A stretch of DNA of 64,000 nucleotides from Alphaproteobacteria bacterium (GCA_046348645.1 JAXMDU010000006.1:26340-90339); one strand, 5' to 3'; positions 52,122 to 63,849 are shown, counted from the stretch's first letter. Made by a program: numbers and translations. Notes: generated by a model not told the origin, from the sequence alone.

Positions 52122-53323
52122 GCGCGCTTCTCCCTTCGGGGCGCCGGCCGCTGGCGGGGCGGCGGATCGGCCAGGGCGTTCGCCAAGGCATCCAGGCTTG
52201 CCAGGTTATGGGCCGGTCGGAACTCGTCGACATGGGGCAGCATGGCCCGGATGCCCAAGGATTTTGGTTCAAAACCCGCGAAGCGCAATAGGGGATTGAG
52301 CCAGATCAGGCGATCGGACGACAGATGCACCCGCTCGATCTCGGTGGCCAGTCCGTCACCGGCATCGCGATCAAGACCATCGGTGATCAGCAGCACGATC
52401 GCCCGCTGGCCCAGGACCCGCCGCGACCACCGCCGATTGAAATCATGCAGCGCCCGGCCGATCCGCGTTCCACCGGCCCAGTCGGTGACAGACTGCGTCA
52501 CCCGGTCGAGAGCGACATCGACATCGCGATGGCGGAGCTGGCGGGTGACGTTGCTGAGCCGCGTGCCGAACAGAAACACCTGAATGCGGTCCTGGTCGTT
52601 GGTCAGCGCGTGCAGGAAATGCAGGAAGATGCGGGTATAGCGCTCCATCGATCCCGAGATGTCGCAAAGCACGACGATGGGCGGCCGGCGCAGTCTGGGC
52701 CGCTGGCGGGGGGGCGGCGCAAGCTCGCCGCCGGGGCGGGCAAGGCCGCGCAGCGCGCGGCGCATGTCGATCCGCGGGCCGCGCCGCGCCGGCTGGAAAC
52801 GGCGGGTCTGCGTGCTGCGCATCAGAAGGGCGGCGCGGGCAAGGGCACGGCGGGCGGCGGCTTCCTCGTCCGATGTCATCTTGGCGAAATCCATCTGGCG
52901 CAGGATTTCGCGGTCAGAATAGGTCATGACGGCATCGGCGTCCGGCCGTTCGTCGCGTGGCTCGCGTTCGACCATTGGCTTGCGGCCCGCCGCCGCAAGC
53001 AGCGCATCCGCCAGGCGTGGACTGATCTCGCGGCCCGCCGGTGACGGGCCTTCGTCGGGCAGCTCGCCGACCAGGCCGTCTTGCCCCGTATCGCGCCAGA
53101 ATACGCGAAAGGCCTCGTCGAACAGCGGGTCTTGTTCGCGCCGCGAAACACAGGTTGCGTGCAAGGCGGCATAGACGTCGTCGCGGCGCTTCAATCCCAC
53201 CGTCTGGACCGCGTCCAGGGCATCGATGACGGCGCCGGGACCCAGCCTGAACCCCGCGCCGCGCAGCAGGCGAACGAAACGGGTGATCGAAAGGGCAAGT
53301 CCTTCGACCGGGGCGCCGCTCAT
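52118..53323 (-). CDS. coxE: VWA domain protein CoxE (pair 3, cox cluster)
   Basis: 401 aa. ...IVVLCDISGSM...VLLITDGLDRD...LIWLNPLLRF. Confidence 0.8.
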   Translation of the reverse strand: MSGAPVEGLALSITRFVRLLRGAGFRLGPGAVIDALDAVQTVGLKRRDDVYAALHATCVSRREQDPLFDEAFRVFWRDTGQDGLVGELPDEGPSPAGREISPRLADALLAAAGRKPMVEREPRDERPDADAVMTYSDREILRQMDFAKMTSDEEAAARRALARAALLMRSTQTRRFQPARRGPRIDMRRALRGLARPGGELAPPPRQRPRLRRPPIVVLCDISGSMERYTRIFLHFLHALTNDQDRIQVFLFGTRLSNVTRQLRHRDVDVALDRVTQSVTDWAGGTRIGRALHDFNRRWSRRVLGQRAIVLLITDGLDRDAGDGLATEIERVHLSSDRLIWLNPLLRFAGFEPKSLGIRAMLPHVDEFRPAHNLASLDALANALADPPPRQRPAPRREKRA

Positions 53324-54266
53324 GGTGAGGCAGGGGCCCCGGACCGCGCCAGAAGCTGATCGATCCCGACCTCGCGGACGCGGGCAATGTCGTCTTGATA
53401 TTTAAGCAGCACGCCCAGGCTGTCGCTTGCGGTCGCGGCGTCGATCACTGTCTTGTCCAGCGCCGCCAGGGCATGGGCCCAATCGATGGTCTCGGCCACG
53501 CCCGGCGCCTTGAACAGTTCCATGTGGCGCAATTCCTGAACGAACGCCACAAGCTGCCGGCGCAGATCGGCGCCCGCGCCCGGCGCGCGCAGACGCACAA
53601 TCTCGGCCTCGCGTTCGGCGCTCGGATAGTCGATCCACAGGTAAAGGCAGCGCCGCTTCAGGGCGTCGTGGATTTCGCGGGTGCGATTCGACGTGATGAT
53701 GACAATGGGTGGCTTTGCAGCCCTGACCGTCCCGAACTCGGGAATGGTGATCTGGTAGTCGGCCAGCAGCTCAAGCAGAAATGCTTCAAACGGCTCGTCG
53801 GCGCGATCCAGCTCATCGATCAGCAGCACCGGCGGCTCGCTGAAGGGCTCGGGCTCCAGCGCCGCGAGCAGCGGCCGCTCGATCAGGAAGCGCCTTGAAA
53901 ACAGGTCCGAGCCCAACTGCTCGCGGTTGATCTCGCCGGTGGATTCGGCCAGGCGGATCTCCAGCATCTGGCGGGTGTAGTTCCATTCATAGGCCGCCTG
54001 GGCGATATCCAGTCCTTCGTAACATTGCAGGCGGATCAGCCGGCGGCCAAGGCTTGACGACAGGACCTTGGCAAGCTCGGTCTTGCCGACACCGGCCTCG
54101 CCTTCAAGGAACAGGGGCCGCTTCAGCGCAAGGGCAAGAAAAACCGCGGTTGCGATGCCGCGATCCGCGACATAGCCGGCACGGCCCAGCAGGTCCAGGG
54201 TCGCGTCAACCGAATCTGGCGGCAGGACCGCCACCGGACCCCCTGGCATGGTGCGGCCCGGTTCGG

Positions 54267-54270
<4 letters not shown>
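53320..54270 (-). CDS. coxD: MoxR-like AAA+ ATPase CoxD (pair 3, cox cluster)
   Basis: 316 aa. Walker A LFLEGEAGVGKTELAK. Walker B LLIDELDR. ...ITSNRTREIHDALKRRCLYLWIDYP. Confidence 0.85.
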
Positions 54271-55064
<794 letters not shown>

Positions 55065-55094
55065 GGTTGCTCCGCGTCTTTGGATCGGGCCGCA

Positions 55095-55571
55095 TCAGCG
55101 GCGCATCTGGGCTGCGGCCGCCGCGATGGCCTTGACGATGTTGTGATAGCCGGTACAGCGGCACAGATTGCCTTCCAGGCCGTGGCGGATCTCGGCCTCG
55201 CTTGGCTCCGGGTTGCGGTTCAGCAGGTCGACGGCCGACATGATCATGCCTGGCGTGCAGAATCCGCATTGCAACGCATGATGCTCGCGAAAGGCTTCCT
55301 GCATGGGGTGAAGCTTGCCGTCCGTCGCCAGCCCCTCGATGGTGGTCACGGCACGGCCATTCGCTTGAACGGCTAGCATGGTGCAGGACTTCATCGCCGC
55401 GCCATCGACGTGAACGACGCAGGCCCCGCACTGGCTGGTGTCACAACCCACATGCGTGCCGGTCAGGCCAAGATGGTCGCGCAGGAACTGGACGAGAAGA
55501 GTGCGCGGCTCGACCTCGGCGGTGACCCTGCGGTCATTGACGGTCAAGGTGATGCTGGTCTTCATCGCCAT
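55095..55571 (-). CDS. coxS: Mo-hydroxylase small (2Fe-2S)2 subunit
   Basis: 158 aa. [11 protein letters not shown] (first cluster) and CGFCTPGMI...CRCTGY (second cluster). Confidence 0.9.
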   Translation of the reverse strand: MAMKTSITLTVNDRRVTAEVEPRTLLVQFLRDHLGLTGTHVGCDTSQCGACVVHVDGAAMKSCTMLAVQANGRAVTTIEGLATDGKLHPMQEAFREHHALQCGFCTPGMIMSAVDLLNRNPEPSEAEIRHGLEGNLCRCTGYHNIVKAIAAAAAQMRR

Positions 55572-55689
55572 GGATGTTCGCTCGCTGATGGTGGCACGGG
55601 GTGAAGGCTTAAAGGTCCGGCGGATCGGGCCGCAACGGCACGGCCCGCCACTATCGCCGTCACGGCTCGTTCGGTCAAGAAAGGGCCCC

Positions 55690-56310
55690 CTAGGCCAGGA
55701 ACAATGCCAGGATGGCCCCGATCAGGACGATGAGGCCGACGACCCAGACCGCGGTTGGCAGGCCCTTGCGGGCTGCCACGGCTTCTGGTTCCTGTCCGGC
55801 CGGTCCCTGTCCGCTTGGGCCGTCCGGGGCCGCGGGCGCCGCCGGCTGCAAGACGGTCTCGGCCGCTGGCTGGGCGGCGACCAGGCCTGAGAATTTCGAA
55901 AAGAAATCCTCGGCCAGCTTGTGTGCGGTCGCATCGATCAGCCGGGCCCCCAGCTGGGCCATCTTGCCCCCCACCGACCCCTTGGCGGCATAGGACAGCA
56001 GGGTCCCATCGCCATCCGGGACCAGCGAGACGCGGGCCGATCCCTTGGCGAACCCGGCGACCCCGCCTTGCCCCTCGCCGGTAATAAGATAGCCGTTCGG
56101 CGGATCCAATTCCGAAAGCGAGACCTTGCCCGCGAAGCGAACCCGCATCGGGCCGAGCTTCGTCGCGACGGTGGCCACGTATTCGGTCTCGGACTGCCTG
56201 GCCATGGCCTCGCAGCCATCGATGCATTGGCGCAAGATCTCGGGGTCATTGAGTGCGGCCCATACGCGTTCCCGCGACGCGGGTATCTGATAGGCGCCGG
56301 TGAATTCCAT
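55690..56310 (-). CDS. coxG: CoxG-like SRPBCC-fold protein with C-terminal membrane anchor
   Basis: Start at internal [27 protein letters not shown]-terminal TM helix [20 protein letters not shown]. Confidence 0.75.
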   Translation of the reverse strand: MEFTGAYQIPASRERVWAALNDPEILRQCIDGCEAMARQSETEYVATVATKLGPMRVRFAGKVSLSELDPPNGYLITGEGQGGVAGFAKGSARVSLVPDGDGTLLSYAAKGSVGGKMAQLGARLIDATAHKLAEDFFSKFSGLVAAQPAAETVLQPAAPAAPDGPSGQGPAGQEPEAVAARKGLPTAVWVVGLIVLIGAILALFLA

Positions 56311-56510
56311 TGCTTGGCCTCGACGTCTTCGCCTATGGCTCAGATTGCGATCAAGTCGGGTGCGGCGCAATCCCGACGCCCAAAGACCGGATTTTTGCGC
56401 CAAGGACAAGTCCTATTGGCGCCGCCACCTGCTTTGGGCATACTCGGCCGCCATGCTGCGGCCTGCGGCGTCGCGACAATTCCGCGAACAACGGCGGAGC
56501 GGGGAGGAAA

Positions 56511-57934
56511 ATGGCACGTCCGGCATCTGTTCTTGGTCTTGGGGCAGCGACCCTGTTCGCCATGGCATTGGGTGCGCCGGCATTTGCCGCCGGCGATGCG
56601 CCGCACATCGAAGGCCGGGCGCTTGGTTTCATCTGGGTCGTGCCGTTCATCGGCATCCTCCTGTCGATCGCAATCATGCCGCTCGCGCTGCCCCGCTTCT
56701 GGCATCACCATTTCGGCAAAGTCGCGGTCGGCTGGGCTCTCGCATTCCTGGTGCCGGCGACCGTGACGTATGGATTGTCGGTGACGGCCTACGAGTTCCT
56801 GCACACCGTTCTGCTCGAATACATCCCGTTCATCATCCTGCTTCTGGCGCTGTTCACGGTCGCCGGCGGAATCCGGGTTACCGGCAGCCTGGTCGGCACG
56901 CCGGCCGTCAATACCCTGATGCTTGCGATCGGGACCGTGCTGGCCAGCTTTATGGGCACGACCGGCGCCGCCATGCTGATGATCCGCCCGGTGATGCGGG
57001 CCAATGCCTGGCGGCAGAAGAAGGTCCACGTCATCGTCTTCTTCATCTTCCTGGTCGCCAACATCGGTGGCTCGTTGACGCCGCTGGGCGATCCCCCGCT
57101 GTTCCTCGGCTTTCTCAAGGGGGTTCCCTTTTTTTGGACCTTCACGCACCTGATGCCGCTGTTCCTGTTCTGCGGGGTTGTCCTGCTGGCGCTGTTCTAT
57201 GCGATCGACAGCTATCTCTATCGCCGCGAGTCAGCCACCCCACCGGCACGGACCGAGAAGCTTGGAATTGAAGGGGCGTCAACTTTGCGCTGCTCGGCTG
57301 CATTGTCGGCGCGGTACTGTTGAGCGGCGTCTGGAACCCTGATGTTCACATGACGGTTTACCACGTCGAGATCGATTTGCAGAATGTCGTGCGCGATCTG
57401 CTGCTGCTGGCGATCGCCTTTGTCTCGCTCAAGGTGACGAACGGCGAAAGCCGGCAGGCGAACGATTTCAGCTGGGGCCCGATCATCGAGGTGGCCAAGC
57501 TCTTCATCGGCATCTTCATCACCATCATTCCTGCGATCGCTATCCTGCGGGCAGGCAAGGATGGCGCGCTGTCCGGGATCATCAACATGGTGACGGACGG
57601 GTCCGGCCGGCCGATCGATGCGATGTATTTCTGGTTGTCTGGCGGCCTGTCGTCGTTCCTCGACAACGCGCCTACCTATTTGGTGTTCTTCAACACCGCC
57701 GGCGGCGACCCGGTCCAGCTGACCACCGCCATGGCAAACACGCTGCTCGCCATTTCGGCCGGATCGGTTTTCATGGGCGCCAATACGTATATCGGCAATG
57801 CGCCAAATTTCATGGTGAAGGCCATCGCCGAACAGGGCGGCATCGCCATGCCGTCCTTCTTCGGCTACATGGCGTGGTCGGTCGCGATCCTGATCCCGCT
57901 GTTCATCCTGGTGACGGTGATCTTCTTCGGCTGA
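56511..57934 (+). CDS. NhaD/ArsB-superfamily Na+/H+ antiporter-like permease, with a 1-bp frameshift near 57275
   Basis: GGGGAGGAAAATG RBS. N-terminal half is in ORF 56310..57323 and C-terminal half (...FLDNAPTYLVFFNTAGG...) is in ORF 57320..57934. Adding one G to gaaggggcgtcaac restores GIEGGVNFALLGCIVGAVLLSGVWNP. Confidence 0.7.
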
Positions 57935-58025
57935 CAGGACCGCGTGATCGCCACATCTGCGGGCCAGATCTGCGGGGATGTGGGGGGATCTGCGGCGAAT
58001 CGCGGATCCAGGCGCGGCCCGGCTG

Positions 58026-58853
58026 TCAGTGCATCATCAGCAGGGGCAGGGTCGCATGGTAAAGTATGTGACGGGTGGTGCCGCCGAAAACCAGTTCGCG
58101 CAGGCGGTGGTGGCCATAGGCGCCCATCACCAGCAGGTCGGCGCCGGACTCTTTCGCATCGGCCAGGATCACGTCGCCAACCCGTTCATCATGACCGGCA
58201 AGCGCCGCGACCTCGACCGTGATGCCATGCCGGGCCAGATACGTGGCGATCTCGGCGCCCGGCAGATGATCGTCCCCTTCCGCGCCGACCGTGACGACGC
58301 GGACGGCGTTGGCCTTTGACAGCAGGGGCACGGCGCCATGCACCGTGCGGGCTGATTCCCGCGTGCTTTTCCAGCTGATCAAGGCGCGGGTCCCGACCGT
58401 CTTTCCGGTCCAGGCATCCGGCACGATCAGCACCGGGCAGGTTGATGTAAGAGGCAGTTGCTCGGGCATCACAAGCGCAATCTGGTCTTCGAGTGATTTG
58501 CTCTTGCCCGGTGACACGATGGCAAGGTCGGCATAGCGCGAATGGACATCAAGGCATTCCAGATGGTCGCCGGTTTCGCAGCGCCATTCGCAGGCCAGTC
58601 CCTGGCGGCGGCAGCGTTCGTTGAACTCGACCTCCAGGCGGGCCGCCGTCGCGCGATTGTGTTCCAGCGCCTGCGCCGTATAGGCATGCGACGCGCCGCG
58701 CCCGGTGATTGCGGCCGGCATGGATACGGGTGTCGTCACATAAAGCGCCGACAGATGCGCGCCGAAACGGTGAGCCAGTTCAAAACCCACGTCCAGTCGC
58801 TTGACGTGCGCACGGTCGTCGGCAAGGTGAACAAGGATTGACTTGATCGACAT
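58026..58853 (-). CDS. Universal stress protein (tandem UspA domains)
   Basis: 275 aa, two Usp domains. ...ILVHLADD... and ...LLVMGAYGHHRLRELVFGGTTRHILYHATLPLLMMH. Confidence 0.8.
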   Translation of the reverse strand: MSIKSILVHLADDRAHVKRLDVGFELAHRFGAHLSALYVTTPVSMPAAITGRGASHAYTAQALEHNRATAARLEVEFNERCRRQGLACEWRCETGDHLECLDVHSRYADLAIVSPGKSKSLEDQIALVMPEQLPLTSTCPVLIVPDAWTGKTVGTRALISWKSTRESARTVHGAVPLLSKANAVRVVTVGAEGDDHLPGAEIATYLARHGITVEVAALAGHDERVGDVILADAKESGADLLVMGAYGHHRLRELVFGGTTRHILYHATLPLLMMH

Positions 58854-58867
58854 GACACCCGCTCAGG

Positions 58868-59829
58868 TTAGGGAAGCTCGATGGCGTAATCTTGTACCGG
58901 AAGGACGCGGGGGATCAAACCCTGTTCGACAAGGAAGGCGGGAAACCGCCGGTATCTTGCCGAATCCAGCGCCGCTGGCCGCAGGGCGAAGCGCGGCAAG
59001 GTATCGCGCCAGGCGCGGCGGTTCAGCTCGTCGTCGAGATTGCGATGCCGGGCGATGAATAACCGCCAGCTTTCATCGGGATGATTGACCAGGTAGCGCG
59101 TGCCGTCCTCGACGGCATCGATGAAGCGCCGGAACCGCGCGGGGTCGGTCGTGACGGATGTGCGGTTCGCGACCAGCACGAGCTCGTCATAGGCGGGGAC
59201 GCCTTCCTCCTCGACATAGAAGGCCCGGCCCTGGCGGCCGAGCAGCGCAAGCTGGTTGAGCTCGAAGTTGCGGAAGGCGCCGATCACGGCATCGACCTGG
59301 CCGCTGACCAGGGCGGGCGACAGGGCAAAATTCACATTGACGAGGGTGATGTCCGCAAGGCCGAGCCCGTGGCGGGCCAGCATGGCCTTGAGCAGGGCGT
59401 CCTCGAATCCGCCCACCGAAAATCCGGATCTTGCGGCCTTGAGATCGGCGATGCTGCGGACCGGCCCGCCATCCAGTGTGACCAGCGTATTGAGCGGCGT
59501 CGCGACCAGCGTTCCGATGCGAACAAGCGGCAGGCCTTGGGCCACCTGGATATGGAGATTGGGCCGATAGGTGATGGCAAGATCTGCCGCCCGGCGGCGA
59601 CCAGCTTGGGGGCCGTCGGGTCGGCGGGCGATCAGCTCGACCTCCAGGTCCCGGGCCCGGAAATAGCCCCGCTCGGCCGCGACAATAAGGGCGCATGATC
59701 CGGATTGACGAACCAGTCGAGCAGGACGGTCATTCTGTCCGCCGCCTGGGCAGGCGATGCGAAAGGCAGGGCCGCGAAAAGCAGGGGCGCGAAAAGCAGG
59801 GGCGCGAACAGAATGGCGAACAGTTTCAT
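58868..59829 (-). CDS. NMT1/THI5-like ABC substrate-binding protein (ThiY-like), with a 1-bp frameshift near 59690
   Basis: Signal peptide MKLFAILFAPLLFAPLLFAALPFASPAQAADRMTVLLDWFVNPDHAPL is in ORF 59632..60129. The mature domain (IVAAERGYF...) is in ORF 58868..60217. Adding one C to gcgcccttattgtc joins them. Confidence 0.7.
59757..59812. repeat. Tandem ~16-bp repeat (gcgcgaaaagcagggg x2-3) encoding the reiterated FAPLL signal-peptide segment
   Basis: ggccgcgaaaagcaggggcgcgaaaagcaggggcgcgaacag, seen directly in the sequence. Confidence 0.6.
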
Positions 59830-60658
59830 GCCACGCCGGATCAGTGGATCTCTTCCTTTGCTGCTGAGGCCGGCTTCCGTGGACTCGGGCACCCAGGCCA
59901 GAAGCCAGCGAACCATTCGGTCGACCGCGAAATAGAGAATGACCGCCATTGTCGCGAGCGCGAGCAGGGCGGCAAACAGAACGTCGATCTGCATCCTTGC
60001 GTTGGCGTGCAGCATCAGATAGCCCAGGCCGGCACTGGACCCGACCCATTCCCCGACCACGGCGCCGATCGGGGCCACCGCGGCGGCGACCCGCAGGCCC
60101 GAGCCGAAGGCCGGAAGCGCTGCCGGCACGCGAAGATGCCACAGGACCCGGCCGGCGATGCCCCCATGACCGTCGCAAGATCGATCCAGCCGGGCTCGGT
60201 CCGCCGCAGCCCGTCATAAAAGGTGGCGGTGACAGGGAAGAAGATGATCAGGGTCGCCATGGCCACCTTCGATGCCATGCCGTAACCCAGCCACAACACG
60301 AGAAGCGGGGCGATCGCAAACACCGGAATGGCCTGGCTTGCCACCAGGACCGGAAGCAGCCATTGGCGCGCCACGCGGAAATGGGCAAGAACCAGCGCGC
60401 CAAGGCTGCCCAGGTGACGCCGCACCCGAAGCCAAGCAGGATTTCAGCCAGCGTCCGGGCGGCGTGATGGGCAAGGGTATCGGCATGGGCAGACAGGGCC
60501 GCGGCCACCGCCTTCGGGCTTGGCAGCATGTAAGGCGGCAGGTCGCTGGCTGTGACCGCGATCTGCCAGAGCGCAACCAGCCCCGCCATCACGATTGCAG
60601 CCCTGGTAATTGCAGCCTTGGCAATTGCAGCCCTGGCAAGGGCGGGCCGACGGCTCAT
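59830..60658 (-). pseudogene. ABC transporter permease (ThiX/TauC-like), with at least 2 frameshifts; 3' end approximate
   Basis: Three consecutive pieces across ORFs 60248..60658 (LVALWQIAVTASDLPPYMLPSPKAV), 60015..60425 (AIPVFAIAPLLVLWLGYGMASKVAMATLIIFFPV) and 59632..60129 (LPAALPAFGSGLRVAAAVAPIGAVVGEWVGSSAGLGYLM). Confidence 0.65.
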
Positions 60659-61407
60659 GGGATTGTCCCCGTCGCGGCGGCAAGCTCGTCCAACAGGCGC
60701 GCCTGCAGGCCAATCAGGACCGGGTCCGACATATCGCGGGGCGGCGGGCCGGCCGGGGCCAGCCGGGCGCTGATGCGGGCCGGCCGCCCAGCCAGAACCA
60801 GCACGGTATGCCCAAGCCGCAGGGCCTCGAGCGGGTCATGGGTGATGAGAAGGACGGTGCGGCCGGCCAGGGCAGTGGCCGCTTCTGCCTGCAGGCGGAA
60901 GCGAGTGATCGCATCCAGGGTCGAGAACGGCTCGTCCAGCAGGCAGATCGGCCGGTCTTCCAGCAGGGTGCGGGCTAGCGCCACCCTTTGGCGCATGCCG
61001 CCGGACAGGGTGGCGGGCAGGGCGTCCTCGTGGCCGCCAAGTCCCAGCCGGGCCAGAAGCTGTCGGGCCGCGCCATCGTCGGGTCGCACGCCCCGAAGCC
61101 TGGCCCCCAGCGTGGCGTTCCCGGTCGCCGAAAGCCAGGGCAGCAGCAGATCCTGCTGGGCCATATAAGCGGCTTGGCCGGCGATGGCGCTTCCGTCCGT
61201 AAGGGCCACGCTGCCCGTGGCGCCGGGCGGGGCAAGGCCGGCGATGAAGCGCAGGAGCGAGGTCTTGCCGACTCCGCTTGGGCCCAAAAGGCAAGTCCAG
61301 GTCCCGCCCGGCAGGTCGAGGTCGAGGCCATCGAACAGCGGCTGGCCCAGATAGGCAAGCCGGGCGCCGCGGATGACAAGCCCAGGACTGTCGGTTGATT
61401 TGCGCAT
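60655..61407 (-). CDS. ABC transporter ATP-binding protein (nitrate/sulfonate/taurine-type; ThiZ-like)
   Basis: 250 aa. Walker A GPSGVGKTS. Signature LSGGMRQRV. Walker B LLDEPFSTLD. Confidence 0.8.
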   Translation of the reverse strand: MRKSTDSPGLVIRGARLAYLGQPLFDGLDLDLPGGTWTCLLGPSGVGKTSLLRFIAGLAPPGATGSVALTDGSAIAGQAAYMAQQDLLLPWLSATGNATLGARLRGVRPDDGAARQLLARLGLGGHEDALPATLSGGMRQRVALARTLLEDRPICLLDEPFSTLDAITRFRLQAEAATALAGRTVLLITHDPLEALRLGHTVLVLAGRPARISARLAPAGPPPRDMSDPVLIGLQARLLDELAAATGTIP

Positions 61408-61420
61408 GCTGCGCCCACTT

Positions 61421-61510
61421 CTCCCTACGCCGGTTCGAACCGGATCAGGTTCAAGGGGTTGCTCGCCCTTTGCGCGCGTCTCAGCCGGACTGCCGGCTCC
61501 CCCGAGTGAA
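61421..61510 (-). promoter_or_regulatory. TPP (thiamine pyrophosphate) riboswitch, THI element
   Basis: Minus-strand RNA reads GGGGAGCCGGCAGUCCGGCUGAGACGCGCGCAAAGGGCGAGCAACCCCUUGAACCUGAUCCGGUUCGAACCGGCGUAGGGAG. It carries the invariant CUGAGA and ACCUGAUCNGG...CCGGCGUAGGGA elements and ends 14 nt before the ATG of the ABC ATPase gene. Confidence 0.85.
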
Positions 61511-61831
61511 CGGCGCCACTATCCGGGATCGGATATGGGTTGGCAAGGACCAGGGCAAGGTCCGGGCCCCGGCAGGTGCCGGGCCTTGGCAAGCGAGGCC
61601 GAAGAGGCCATCCTTTTCGTCTGACGACCCGCGGGGCACCGTCATCGCGGTTGGTTATAGAGATGGATGTGGCGTCAATACCAGATCGTTATCAGCCGTC
61701 TTTGATGCCGGCGGGCCAAGGCTGGAAGGCTGCGGGCAGGACCGGATTCCGCGCAGGCGATCGATGAGTCTCGATTGCTTCCGCAATTTCAGCCTCGTTG
61801 TGAGAGCTTCTCAGATTTAAGGTTAATAAAT

Positions 61832-62344
61832 ATGGTTAAATTAATACTTATCAATTTGTTAGAACGTAATTCTCGCATTTTGTGGCGCCCCGCAGGCGCT
61901 GCCCTGGCCGGCTGCCTGATGCTGGCCGCCATCCTGGCGGTGGGCGCGCGGGCGGCGGGCCCCTCGACCCTCGACATCGTGACGGCCGATGGCAAGTCGC
62001 ACCGCTTCACCATCGAGCTTGCCCAGACACCGGACGAGCAAACCCAGGGGCTGATGTACCGCCGCGCCATGGCTGCCGATGCCGGCATGCTGTTCATCAA
62101 TGATCCACCCCGGGTGATGACCATGTGGATGAGGAATACGTTCCTGCCCCTCGACATGATCTTTTTCGACGCGCGCGGCCGGGTGACGCGGATCGCGGAA
62201 CGGACCGTGCCCCTTTCGGAAGCGATCATTCCGTCCGGGGGGCCGGTTCAAGGCGTCCTCGAGGTGAACGCGGGAACGGCGACGCGGCTTGGCATCAAGC
62301 CGGGCGATCGCTTGGTCCATCCGGCCATCCGGCGCGGCGAATAG
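61832..62344 (+). CDS. DUF192 domain protein, secreted; start ambiguous (ATG 61832 in an AT-rich tract, or TTG 61880)
   Basis: Signal-like WRPAGAALAGCLMLAAILAVGARAAG, then DUF192 core ...GMLFINDPPRVMTMWMRNTFLPLDMIFFDARGRV...GVLEVNAG. Confidence 0.65.
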   Translation: MVKLILINLLERNSRILWRPAGAALAGCLMLAAILAVGARAAGPSTLDIVTADGKSHRFTIELAQTPDEQTQGLMYRRAMAADAGMLFINDPPRVMTMWMRNTFLPLDMIFFDARGRVTRIAERTVPLSEAIIPSGGPVQGVLEVNAGTATRLGIKPGDRLVHPAIRRGE

Positions 62345-62396
62345 GGGCGGGTCCTGGTTTCCGCCACTCTTCGTCACACCAGATTCCCCTTGGGGT

Positions 62397-63770
62397 CTAT
62401 TCGGCTTTGGGTGGCCCGTCGTTTTGGTCGGGTGGCAAGACCTCGGCCGTCGGCTTGTGGCTGCGGCGCAGCCCGCGGAGGCTGGTAACCGGCCGCCCGA
62501 AAATGCGCTGAACCAGGGTCGGGCTTGGCTGCGGGTCGCGCGATGCGCGCAGCACCGCCGCGATACCACCCGATTTCAGCGAACGCCAGGTGTCATTGAA
62601 GGTCGTGATGCTGAGGAGCGCGATCCGCAGCATGCGGCGGGCGGCAAGCAGCCAGAACGGACTGACAAGCAGGGTAAGCGCCGTGACCGCGATGACAAGC
62701 TGGTGTTCGTCGGCGTTGATCAGGCCGCCATCGCGCCCGGCCTTGCCCAGCAGGAAGGTGAACTCGCCGATCTGGGCCAGAATCAGGCCGGCGATAAAGG
62801 CATGCGGCCAGGGCTCGCGCAGCAGGCCGATGATGCCGATGTTGAGCGCCGTCTTGAGCAGGGTGACGATGAACACGATCAGCAGCACGTCAACGACATG
62901 GGCGCGAATGAACCCGATGTCGACCAGCAGGCCGATGGACAGGAAGAAGGCCATCAGCAGCAGGCTTTGGATCGGGTGCACGCTGGCCAGCATCACCCGT
63001 CGGATCGTGCTGTTGCCCACCACCAGGCCCGCGACAAAGGCGCCATAGGCGGCGGTCAGGCCAAGCAGCCCCGAAAGCGCAGCCGCCCCGAAACAGAGGG
63101 CCACGCCATAGGCTGGCCGCAGATCGGCTTTATCGGCAAGCATCCGCGAAAGCGGCAGCTCGACGCTCCGCGTGCGGCTCAGAGACCAGATCAGCAGGCC
63201 CAGCAGGGCGACAGCCGCCACGATCGCAACGATGCCGGTCAGGCTGGCGCCGTTGCCGGAAACCAGCCGCAGGGACAGCATCATCGGCACCAGGCCCAGG
63301 TCCTGGGCGATCAGCACCGCCACCACCACCTGGCCGATCCGGGTGCGGAGCAGGTTCAGCTCGTCAAGCAGCTTGATGGCAAGCGCCGTGCTGCTGATCG
63401 CGGCCGCGAAGCCGAACAGCAGGGCGGCGCCCAGCGACCACTGGAAAAAATCGGCCAGCAGCAGCATGAGGCCGACCGAACCGGCGATCTGCAGGCCGGC
63501 AACGCCGACACCCACCAGCCAGACACCGCGAAAGCCGCGCAGGCTGAGCTCCATGCCGATCAGGAAGAGAAGCAGAAGAACGCCAAGATCGGCCAGGAAA
63601 TCGATCCCGGCCCGGTCGGATACGAGGGCGAAACCCGACGGTCCCAAGACGACGCCGGCCAGGATGTAGCCGATTTCGGCCGGCAGCCTGATTCGCGTCA
63701 TCACAAGCCCGCAGACCAAGGCGGCAAGGATGACGATGACAAGGGCGGTCAATTCCGGCTGGACGTGCAT
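62397..63770 (-). CDS. Cation:proton antiporter (CPA2/Kef-type membrane domain, no KTN domain)
   Basis: 457 aa, ~12 TM. ...LPAEIGYILAGVVLGPSG...LLFLIGMELSL is the Na_H_Exchanger family motif. Confidence 0.8.
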   Translation of the reverse strand: MHVQPELTALVIVILAALVCGLVMTRIRLPAEIGYILAGVVLGPSGFALVSDRAGIDFLADLGVLLLLFLIGMELSLRGFRGVWLVGVGVAGLQIAGSVGLMLLLADFFQWSLGAALLFGFAAAISSTALAIKLLDELNLLRTRIGQVVVAVLIAQDLGLVPMMLSLRLVSGNGASLTGIVAIVAAVALLGLLIWSLSRTRSVELPLSRMLADKADLRPAYGVALCFGAAALSGLLGLTAAYGAFVAGLVVGNSTIRRVMLASVHPIQSLLLMAFFLSIGLLVDIGFIRAHVVDVLLIVFIVTLLKTALNIGIIGLLREPWPHAFIAGLILAQIGEFTFLLGKAGRDGGLINADEHQLVIAVTALTLLVSPFWLLAARRMLRIALLSITTFNDTWRSLKSGGIAAVLRASRDPQPSPTLVQRIFGRPVTSLRGLRRSHKPTAEVLPPDQNDGPPKAE

Positions 63771-63849
63771 GGGTCACAACTTAACCGAGTTGGAGCGCCG
63801 GCACGATACGGGATCGGGCTTAAGACGTGATTGTCTGCTGGTTGCGTCT

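Noticed and set aside
61431-61445. GGTTCGAACC motif resembling a tRNA T-loop
   Set aside because: It is the P5 hairpin of the TPP riboswitch. No acceptor or anticodon arms are present, and no tRNA or rRNA genes were found anywhere in the window.
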